From NCBI RefSeq assembly GCF_006345805.1, contig NC_043019.1, positions 25,109,360 to 25,173,359 on the forward strand: a stretch of 64,000 nucleotides of DNA, read 5' to 3'. The notes beneath the pieces are model-generated. The model was given only the letters and a program-made list of their open reading frames with translations. It did no database searches and was not told the DNA's origin. The translations under genes were made by a program, and so were the position numbers. Positions 13,501-25,500 of the stretch are shown here, piece after piece. The number at the start of each line of letters is the position of its first letter. Position 1 is the first letter of the stretch. This DNA is from Octopus sinensis (Eukaryota).

Positions 13501-16500
13501 TCAATTTGTCATGTACCCTGGGGATTATATACACATATTTATTCATTTCAGGATTTCAAAAAAGGCATGAATTCTTATCTAACAAAATTCATGTACAAGA
13601 ATGCTGCAACTGAAGATCTCTGGGATGCATTAGAAAGTGCTAGTGGCAAACCAATCAAGAGAGTTATGAGCACTTGGACATCTCAGATGGGTTATCCTGT
13701 TGTCAAAGTAAGGACTGCTGCACTTTTTACATAATATCATATTGAGCTACTATATCGTATAACTACTGCATGGAGTTAGTACACTACTACAGACCTCTGT
13801 TTGGAACTTTTGTGTGTGTGTGTGATTGGTGAATCTGAGAGAGATGGATATATTCAAATGATGTGTTTTGGTAAATGATTGCTGCATAGTTAAAGAAACT
13901 GCGTAACTTAGTGTTGGTAGGTGGTGTACATACAACTGATAGAGAGGAAGAAGTAGTGATTGTCAGACTTGAGAAAAATAGCTTTCACAGCACAAGAAAT
14001 AGCACATATAACTTCACTATATGCAGGCCCTCTCAGGATGTTAAAGTTAATGGGGCTGATGCTCAACCTTACCATTTGTTGGTGAGTATAAGCAAGAGGG
14101 AGGAAAGGGATCACCCTCCTTTAACCCTTTTGATACCAACCCAGCCAAAATCGCCTCTGGCTCTGTAGTACAAATGTCTTACTTTCATAAGTATTGAATT
14201 AATATCTTCCACCAAACTTTAGTCACAATTTATGTTCCCAACACTAGCTTAACCCTTTAGTGTTCAGATTACTCTGTTAAATGTAATACTTTTTCACTCA
14301 AATTGTTTTGAATTAATCATGCATTATCTTATAGCTTTGGGGTTTCAATGATGTGATTGTTTATTTTTAGAATGTCAATGTAGGTTAGGTGTGAGAGGCT
14401 AGATATTGCCAGCTTGAATATAAAACATGTAGAATATTTGGGCCGGATGTGGCCGGTTTAAATACTAAAGGGTTAATGATAACTAAGTTATTTTACTAAA
14501 TTCTTTGTTATATTTAAAGTAATTGAAAGAGACACAGAGCATCTCAAAATAAATACGGTAACGAAAGGGTTAAAACATAAGACTGGGTGCATTTTAGTGC
14601 ACCATTCACACTCAGTGTTCCCTTTATTATTATTATTATTATTATTACTGTTAAGGCAGCAAACTGGCAGAATAATAAGCACATTGGATGAAATGCTTAG
14701 CGGTAGTTTGGGCATCGCTATGTTCTGAGTTCAGATTCTGCCATGGTTAGCTTTGCCTTTCATCCTCTCAGGGTCAATAAATTAAGAACCAGTTGAGTAC
14801 TGGAGAGTCAATGTAACCAACTCATCTCCTCTCCTAAAATAGCTGCCCTTGTGGCCAAATTTGAAACTATTATTATTATTGCTAGTAATAATTTATAGTA
14901 TTATCACAAAGCAAAGGTTCTAATTCCTTTTTAACTCTGCACCATATTTCTGTTGGCATATGCTACGTTTTGTTTTAATTAATTTTGAACATAATGAAGA
15001 ACATAGTAAAATACCTGTTATTTTGTTATTAAGCTGGTATTTGAAACAAAAATTAGCATGAAATTATGAAATAAAGTTTTGATTTGGATTACTTTAATCC
15101 TTCAGTATTCAGATTAATCTGTCAACTGTAATGATTATATCTATTCACATTGCTTTAAATTAATCAGGGCTTATCTCATTTGAGAATTTGCTGATATGAT
15201 TGTTTATTTTTAGAATGACATTGTAGAGTAGGTATGAGAGGCTGAATCTGGCTGGTTTGAACTTAAAACAAACAATATATTTGGGCTGGATGTGGTTGGT
15301 TTAAATACTGAAGGATTAAAGTGGGAAGTTTGGAGTAAAAATTATTTGCACACATAACATGGCAGTCCTGATTTAGGATGAATGTCGCTGTAATTTAGTC
15401 CTAGGAGACATTGTCTCCAGCTGGCTATATGACATGATCTGTGTCCTTATATTTCAAACAAGGGAATCTAGCACCCCCACTCAGCTCAAAACAATATCCA
15501 TTCTGCTGAGTGGTTGGTGTTCAGAAGGGCATGCAGCTGCAAAAATCCTTCCAAAACAGTCACAGAATTCTGGTACAGGCTTCGGCCTGGCCAGCTTTTG
15601 TGGTACCATCCCACCCATCTTGGCATGAAACATGGACATTAAATGATGATGGTGATGATTTCCAGGGCAGAGTTCCTTGCCAGTATTCCTATAAGTATTT
15701 TTTTTTTATCTTTGTTGGGTCCGCGCCACACACACAAGTAGTAGTAGTTTCAGGGATTGCTTGATAGTTGATGAGACAACAACAGTGAGATAATCTTTTT
15801 TTTTTTTGTTTTTTGTTCTAACTCGATGTTTCCCACTTTTCCAGGTCAGTGAAACAAAGGAAGATAATCGTCGTGTTCTACATCTGACCCAAATGAAATT
15901 CTGTGCTGATGGTAAAACGGGAGGTAAAACCTAAACTAAACTACTTCTCTCTGTTGTTATTGAGTGGAGTTTGGGGGGGGGGGGGAAGTGATATGAGAGG
16001 GGTGGCATATCACCCCTCTATTTGCCCTCTTATAATGGATCCAATCATTAGATTGTGGCCATGTTGTGGCAGTGCTCTTTCATTTTGCTTTTCACTTCTT
16101 GTTGGTCATTAAAGTAAATACTAGTAATATACTGGGCTCAATTCGAGCCACCACCATCTCTTTTCTCTGAGAATTAGTCTCCATATATGAAATCATTACA
16201 AATTTATTTTTGTGGTTTGATTCAACTGATCAATAAGTGCTGGCATCATTGCACGGTTGAGAAACTTGCTTCCCAACCATATGGTCTTCGGTTCATTCCT
16301 ACTGCACAGCACTTTGGGCAAGTGTCTTCTATAGCCCCAGTCCAACCAAACCCTTGTAAGTGGATTTGGTAGACAGAAACTGAAAGCAGCCTACCACCTT
16401 GACATCATCTCCTCATTGTCATACAAGTGATGTTGTTTGCAGATTTCTGTGAAAAACCTTCCAGGCTCTGGGGAAGTACTTCCTTGCTTGGAAAACAGGT

Positions 16501-19500
16501 GAGGGTTTGTCAGTTGAAAGGGCAACAGGCTGTAGAAAAACTGCCTCAGCAAATTCTGAGCCATGCAAACATGGAAATGTAGGTATTAAGATGATGATGA
16601 TGTCTTTTGCTAAATTTTCCCCACTTCTTGTCGAGAGAACTAATTAGTTCAAGTACATGACTGCACTGTTCTGTCGTTTTCAGATAAAACTTCAAGATGG
16701 ATGATTCCTATTGATATTTCAACCTCATCAAGTATTCACAAACCAGTCAAGAAAGTTCTGATGGAAGGTGAAAAGATGGAAGTGATTCTTGACAATGTCA
16801 AAACTGATGAATGGGTGTTGGTGAGTTCATAACAAATATATATTGTTTAATAGCTAACGCTGTGATCTAGAAACTACTGAAGGTAGTAAACCTTTCTTAA
16901 AGCATGTTATTTCAGTATATGCTGGCCCAGCGGTAGACGATGTCGTAATCAACTTTATCACAAGTTATTTGGGTATATACAATGCAGGTGGCACGTAAAA
17001 AGCACCCACTACACTCACGGAGTGGTTGGCGTTAGGAAGGGCATCCAGCTGTAGAAACATTGCCAGATAAGACCGGAGCCTGGTGCAGCCTTCTGGCTTC
17101 CCAGATCCCCGGTCGAACCGTCCAACCCATGCTAGCATGGAGAACGGATGTTAAACGATGATGATGATGATACTGGGCTGGTTGTAGATTATTCATAAAT
17201 CAACTCCTATGAATGTTGAATGAAATATCCTAGGTATTCTATTGTTGCTTTAATATCTCATGATCTAGCATGTCTAACTACCAAAACACTAGGTGCCTTG
17301 ATTTTATATTGTTTGTTTGCTTGACTATTTATTATAGAACTATTCAGTGTAATGATGGATGATCTTATGGTTTTGTTTTTAACAAAAACCAAGTGAAATA
17401 TGATAGATCTACACACACATTTACACGGCAGCATCATTTCTTTGTTATCAATGTCTATAATGATAATCATGTAAACTGCATTCAAATATTGCCCACATAA
17501 TCAAGCAAACAGGATAAAAACACGCCTAGTTTTGGCAGATGACAGAAGGGTACAATGTGTGACATATTTAATGTACAGACAAGTGTATTCTCTAGCTAGC
17601 CTGGTACAAAGTGAAGCAACTTGCTATAGAGATATTGGTAGGGAAAAATTTCATTTAACCTTTTGTTTAACATTACACAAACACTTTCTCACTTTATCCT
17701 GTTGTTTCTGTTTTTTGATAAATTTTATTTCTGCTAACATTCTGAGATTTATTTCAAGAAATCTATATTTTCATTTCAGTTAAACTGTAACTCAGTTGGT
17801 GTGTATCGAGTGCAATACAGCAGTGACATGTTACAATCTCTATTGAAGGGAATTGTCAACAAAACCATTCTCCCTACCAATAGACTGGCATTACAGAGTG
17901 ATATGTTTGCTTTGGTAAGTTTACTTAAATTCTAATTGGGCCTTCTCTACTGACAAGATAGAATTAGACTAATGCCACAAATGTAGGAATAAAAATACCA
18001 TAAATCCTCGAGTATAATCTGCATTTTTTTTCCCAAAATTTAAAGGTCAAAATCCCTAGTGCATACTATATACAAGGTTAAAATTGAAAAATGTCTTCTA
18101 AGCAATGGCTGACTCTCTATTTGCCGTCCGGCAATATTTATTCAGACGCATTTTGTAATGTCGGGCTCGAAAAATACCTTAAGCTAAGCCTGAAAGCAAT
18201 AAAGTCATAAAAGAATCATCCATAACTTACAGTAAGCAACATTTATTGAAATAAAAAAACAATTTGCAAACATATTTACATTCCCATATAACAGTTAAGA
18301 ACATCACCATTATTGTATTACACATGCGCGGAAGTGTTTATTCGACTAGGTGCTGCTGGCTTAATTACGCACGACTCGCGTTAGAGAAGGAGTGCATATT
18401 ATACACAAGGTTTAGGTTTTTCAGTGGTACAAGCCCCCTAAAAATCCCCTGCGTATTATACTCAAGGGTGGACTATACTCGAAGATTTACAGTATTATAA
18501 ATTTGGAAATATTCACTGCTTATGTCTTGTAGACATAAACATAATTGTTTCAGAAGAGATCTGATTCGTCATTCTGTAGAAGTTGGGGACAACGTGGCAC
18601 AATCTCTTCAGATTTACCTCAACCAGTTCGTTTTTTGTAGATAGAACTCTTTATTCTCCATTAATTCATCTGACAGAGAATTGATAACTTTGGAATGTTT
18701 GCTGCAGTAAACAAGTAGGAAGATGAGTGGAAGACTCTCATGATGTTACATCTGCTTTTCACATTTGCATGAGTTGAACTGGTTGTTGCAATCCAAGCTG
18801 GTTCGTATCTGGGTAGTTCCTGTCACCCTAGATGGGTTGTAGGACCATGTTTCACTCATGCATATTGTTTTTAGTTTAATTTCCCAAGCCAGATGCCCTT
18901 CCAAACACCAAGCACTCCAGAGTTTGCTGGGTGCATTTTATCATCACTTGAACACTAGAGAGCTGGTCATGTCCTTAACAAGACCAAATGATCCTCTCGA
19001 CCATGCGACTCTGCTCATCCAGCAACCACTTTGTAGAGTTCACTGGGTGCATTATATCAGGGCACCAGTGCTAGCAAGGTTGTTTTTGTAAGGGGCAAAG
19101 GCATCATCACTACCTTATGGTACCTTCATTCATCAAAACATGATAAACAGGGGTAATAAGAGGGAGAGAGAAAAAGAATAAAATAGGATGAGTTGAGGAA
19201 GAGAATAAGATGATGGTAGCTACAGCATGGTCAGGGTGAGGAGAGAGGGCAGTGGATGTCAGTCACAAGTCTGGGGAGAGTGATCGGTGAAAGTACAGGA
19301 AAGGATTATGTTAGTGTGTTTGGTACAAATCAGATACAATCCTTTATACATAACCAAACCACATGGCCATCACTGATAAACTTGTCTTGAGAACATGGAC
19401 CATGTTTTCATTAATTGTATGAAAGCAGACATAGACATCCTCCTAGCCCTCCCAATCTTTTACCCTGAGGGACATCTAGAATGTGACGATTGGGTAGAGA

Positions 19501-22500
19501 GGGGGATGCACCATTACTTGGTGCTCATCTCAGCAGAATAGAATGGAACAACATGAAGTATCTTGCTTAAGAACACAATACACTGCCCTGTCCAGGATGA
19601 GAACCTACTACTTTATAGTTGTGGACCCAACACCCTAATCACTAAGCTGGGAGGAACTTGAGGTTTTTTGTTCTATTTTCTATTTTCTTTCCACATTATT
19701 CCACTTTAGTTTATTGTGGATGTCAGCTGTGATTCAGTCGATTACAATTGCCTTTGCACACAGTTCTCTCACATTTCTATTTTACACATCAGCCATATTT
19801 CTGTTGAAAAATAAATTGTTCCTTTCGTTCTATTATACAGGCTCGTGCTGGTATGGTGTCAACCGTTGAAGTGCTGAAATTTGTCCAATCATACAAAAAC
19901 GAAGACAACTACACAGTTTGGAATGACTTGGCACAGAACCTAACAAATATTGCTCTCCTGCTCCAGTACACCAAGTACTATGACCAGTACAAAGTGTTTG
20001 TTCGTAACTTGTTCAGGAAGATAGCTGCAAAGGTTGGCTGGGAAGCTACAAAAGAAGAGAGTTAGTAATAATTCTAAAATATTAAAGATACTTCTTCTTA
20101 TTGATAAACTATTGTGCCTAACCTAACAAAGATGGGGATTATCTTTCAGTTGTTCTTTGATTACAGGTTTCACTGGTTCAGAAGGTCCTCAAACTGTTAT
20201 GGAAATTTTAATATCAACAAATAAAAGCACCCAGTCCACACTGTAAAGTGATTGGTGTGAGGAGTGGCATCCAGCTGTAAAAACCTTACCAAAACTGACC
20301 CCGCCTGTGCTAGTGTCATGTAAAAAGCACAAAGTCCACTCTGCTGAGTGGTTGGTGTTTGGAAGGGCATCCAGCTGTAAAAGTCCTGCTAAAACAGTCA
20401 CAGAAGTCTGGTGCAGGCTTCAGCCTGGCCAGCTCTTGTGGTACTGCCCCACTCATGCTAGCATGGAACACAGACAATAGCAGCATTTTGTCCATTCTTT
20501 GATTCTGAATTCAAATTCCACCAAGATCAACTCTTGTCTTTCATGCTTTCGGGGTCAATATAATCGACTTACTCCCTCCCCCAGAATTGCTGGCCTAGTA
20601 CCAAAATGTGAAACCAATATTTTGTTTTCAGTTCAAATTCTGCCTCTGTAGACTTTGCTGTTCTTCCTTCCAGCAGTCAACACCTGTTATCCTTCTGTTG
20701 ATGGTTTTGTTTCAAAGTTAGAAAACCTTGTTCTTTCTTCCAGATCACTTAACAACATTATTAAGGGACTTGGTGCTCTGCCGTATGGGTCGTTATGGTG
20801 ATGCAGCTGTCTTGGAAGAATCCCGTAAAAGGTTCCAGGATCATGTGTCTGGGGAGAAGATCCTTCCTGCTGATCTGAAATCTCCTGTAAGTCATGCAGA
20901 ACAAGCTTTTCTTTATTCTGAATGCCTTCAGATATTTAAAAAAAAAAAAAAAAAAAAAAAAGCAAGAAAGAAAAGAAAACTTTCCTTCTTTCTCATTATT
21001 ACTAATTATCATAATGAATTTCTGCTTTGGGTTTTAAGTCTCAGTGATTCCAGGTTCATATCTCACTCCAGCCGGCCGTTGTTTTGCTCACATCACTTTG
21101 TACCTTTTGATGTGGTTTACATAAGGAGACAGATTCCTCATCCTACTCCATAACCAAAGTTGTTGCAAGGACATTCTGCTGCTGTAAAAACTAAAACTCC
21201 AAGAAAGAAAAAAACAAACAAATCGTCTGCCTTGGAGGGGAACTTTCTAGGTACAATCCCATGGTCATTTGTAACTGAAGATGGTCTTAACCCTTTACTT
21301 TCCATATGGATAAGGACAGGTAGTGTATTTGTTAGGCAGTTTTCTAATTTAGACGACCTGCATAGTATTTGAAGAAACAGCTCACCTGTAGGCCAGGTGT
21401 CCCATTATGATGTTTATGTTGTAGTTTGTTGGACGTGTATCCTATTGAAAAAGTAATGCACTCTGTTCTTGTTAGTCAAATATTTGACAATCATCAAATA
21501 GTAATTACTTTAATAATGTATTTGTTTTAACTGTTTTAACAGGTTTACCTGACAGTTGTCTGTCATGGAGATGAAGAAGTATTGACATCTATGTTGGAGG
21601 TAAGTAGAAATCACTAGAGAGACACGTTTCTTTAATTACATACACACACACACACATTTCTAGGAAATTGATCTCAAAGCTCAGCTTATTTGTAGCTTTC
21701 TGTTCTTCAAGATCCAGTTTCTAAAAAGAATTATTTCACTTTCTCATTCACAAAAGTTTATTAAAAAAAATCTTGTGACATCTCTCTCTCTTTTTATAAA
21801 TCAAAATCGAATCAAATCAAATCAAATCAAACCAAATCAAAATAGATGAACATCAATGGAATTTGTATCCTTGTGGTACCAGTGCCGGTGGCACATAAGA
21901 AAACCATCCGAACGTGACCGTAGCCAGTACCACATCGACTGGCCTCCGTGCTGAGGGCACGTAACAAACACCATCCAGGCATGGCCGTCTGCCAGACGAG
22001 GCTGGCACCTGTGTCGGTGGCACATAAAAAAAAAAGACACCATCCGAGCGTGGCGGTCTGGCACCTGTGTCGGTGGCACAAAAAAAAAACACCATCCGAG
22101 CGTGGCTGTATGCCAGCCTCGTCTGGAACCTGTGTCGGTGGCACATAAAAACACCATCCGAGCGTGGTCGTCTGCCAGCCTCGTCTGGCACCTGTGTCGG
22201 TGGCACATAAAATCACCCACTACACTCTCGGAGTGGTTGGCGTTAGGAAGGGCATTCAGCTGTAGAAACACTGCCAGACCCCAGTTGAACCGTCCAACCC
22301 ATCCTAGCTTGGAAAGCAGACGTTAAACGATGATGATGAGATATATATATATATACTAGCCTTGAAGCTGCCCTAAGGGCAGCATTCGGGTTCGCTCCTG
22401 CAGAAGGCACCCTTGAGGCCTGCAGCCCTATACCCTTGTGTAATGTAATGGTTTCAGACCCATTCATTCTATATGTCTCCTGGTGTTAATTATCCGATAG

Positions 22501-25500
22501 CTCATTCTGAACTCCCTACCCAACATATACCCACACACTCAATATTTATACTTCACTCTCACCCATACCTAAACCCCATCTCCCATTAACTTGTTGTTCA
22601 TTCAACATGTAACATGTTTTCCGTCTCTGTAACAGTGTGTCAGTGTATCCACCCTTGGACCGCTTTCTGCCAGCTTTGCCAATAGACATTCAGCTAGTTT
22701 CTAGTTTGACTTACAGCTAAGTTTCTAGCCTTGAAGCTGCCCTTCAGGTTGCATTCAGGCTAGCTCCTGAGGAGGGATTTCGGGAATTTTGTAGGGTATT
22801 CAGGTAGAAAAAAAAACTCTAGAACTCTGGGGCTGAAGGCCCAAGCACCAATATGTAACCAAAACAGGAAGATTAGTTTTCCACCTAGAAATAAGTTTCA
22901 TAAACTACAAAATATAAATATCCACACTACCACACCTGAAACGTACCTGTTAAAACTCTTTATCTTGATTTGAATGTACATGAAGGTATTTAGAATGCCC
23001 AAACTTATTTCTGAAAATGTGCTAAGGACTGATACTGATCATAGTTTAATCAATTAGCGTAGGAACAAGGTAAATGTAGTTAAAATAGGAGCCCTTAAAA
23101 AAATTAGACCCCCTTAGGACATTCCCTAGGATTAGGGGAGTTGCTGGTTTGAGTTTCGTTGTCCTTGCACCAACAGTCTAGGAGGAATTAATGAACTTAA
23201 AAACGTAACAGACCGAGAAACCTCACTCAAATTCATAATAGGATATATCATCATTGCCAGCGCCGCCCCGACTGGCCTCGTGCCGGTGGCACGTAAAAAG
23301 CACCATCCGTTCGTGGCCGTTGCCAGCCTCGCCTGGCCCCCGTGCCGGTGGGACGTAAAAAGCACCCACTACACTCATTGCCAGATCAAACTGGGCCTGG
23401 TGCAGCCTTCTGGCTTCCCAGACCCCAGTTGAACCGTCCAACCCATGCTGGCATGAGTGAGACTAATATATAGATAGATAAATATAGCCTAACCCTTAGC
23501 CCACCCTTCTGTAAAAAGAATGGGTGTGATTGGTTTAACTTGTTTTATGGCCTTGTAGAAGAGTCATACAGATGCTAACCTTTGGTAGGATTTGAACCGA
23601 GAACAATGAAGCAGTTAATCATTATGTAGATAATGTTAGCATAGATTATTTCTCTCTCTCTCTCTCAGCAGATGAGGTTGATATGTGGTTTCTGGTGGGA
23701 GTCCAATTAAAATCAAAATGGGTGAAGTCTAATCCCTTTGTGTCTATTCAGAGGGGAAACTGAAAAGATGTTTGCATCTGTCAGATTACGCCACAGCAAT
23801 GACTAAAATTTGTATTGTTTATTATACAGTACACCTTACTTCACATTTCAGTAGGCCATGGTCTAGCCAAAACAGTCCATCTCTTTTATGTTCAAACTGG
23901 CTATATCTGGCCTCTCCTACCATCCCTACAGTATCCTTCTAAAAATTAAGTTAACTCATCAACATCTCATAGCTACAAGACAATGCATGATTGTTTCAAA
24001 ACAATGAATAAACAAGCATTACTTTTTGATAGGATAATGTGAATGCTAAAGTCTTAACCTTTTAGTGTTCAGATTATTCTATCAAACATAATACTTATTG
24101 ATTCACATTGATTTCAATTAATCATGCATTATCTCATATCTTCAAGATCTTGATGGTGTAATTACCTAATGTAAAATAACATTGTAGGGTAGGTGTGAGC
24201 CTGGATCTGGTCAGTTTGAACATAAAACAGATGAAATATTTTGGCCGGATATGGCCGGTTTAAATACTAAAGGGTTAAACAACCCCATAAAGATTCATTG
24301 GTTCATCTGTATGTGTGTAGATTTTGGTGGTGGTGGTATCCAAGGTGGACTTAGAGTACTATTATCATTTGTAGAGAGAGTAGAATGTTGGTGATGATGC
24401 AGTAAGTATGATGGTAATTTAATTAATCTCTTCAGTTGTACGAGAAAGCCCAGATGCAGGAAGAAATGGTTCGAATCAGCCGAACAATTGGTGCAGTTAG
24501 TGAGAGTAAGCTTATCACTCGAGTCCTGGAATTTGCCATTTCTGTAAGTAAACTTTTTCTCTTCTTTTGTCTTTGTCTTTTGATAATTTTTAAATGTCTT
24601 ATTTCTGGACTGTTGGATGTTAACCATTTGAAAATGACCTGATTGCAACTGTTTGTGGCCAGCATATTTCCAAGACAGGTTTGCTGATGAGATGCTATAA
24701 ACTGGACATGAGTCTTATCTTTCAAATCGGTCCACTTAAACATTAAATGTACAATGTCAAGTGTTTAACTTTTTAGCAGGTCTGGCCTCTCACACATCTC
24801 AAAGTTATGAGATTAATGATTAATTTAAAACAAAGTGACAAAATGAGCATTACTTTTGACAGATTAATCCGAATGCTTAACCCTTTCGTTACCAACCTGG
24901 CTGAAACCAGCTCTGGCTCTGAGTACAAATGTCTTGTTTTCATAAGTTTTGAATTAATATCTTCCACCAAACCTTAGTCACAATTTATATTCCTAACACT
25001 AGCTTAATGATAACTAAGTTATTTTACTAACTTCTTTGTTATATTTGAAGTAATTGAAAGAAACACAGAGCATCTCAAAATAAATACAGTAATGAAAGGG
25101 TTAAAGGGTTAATTCTTTTATTTAGTTCTTCAAACTTTATCTGATTTTTATAAATGTTTTTTTTCTCTTCTATTCAGGATAGAGTTCGTAGCCAAGACAC
25201 AGTTTTTGTGATTGCTGGTGTAACAGGCACTGTGTTAGGGAGAGAAATGGCATGGCAATTTGTGAGAGATCACTGGCAGTTTTTCTGCGAGAGATACCAA
25301 GGTGGGGCACTGATTGCCAGACTCGTTAAGGTAAGCTTGTCACTTGTTTGACTATTTTCAAAAACTTTAGTTGTTGGTGTGAACAAAAAAGTTTGAGGTT
25401 TAAACTGAACCCTAATTTATTAGGGTTAAAGCCAAAGAGCTGCCAAGGGGTACAGTTATGGGGGTGTGGTGCAGGCAAGGTGTTTTTAGGGAGTGAGACG

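Noticed and set aside
21870-22215. CRISPR-like repeat array
   Set aside because: Units are contiguous near-copies without unique spacers, the context is a eukaryotic intron, and there are no cas genes.
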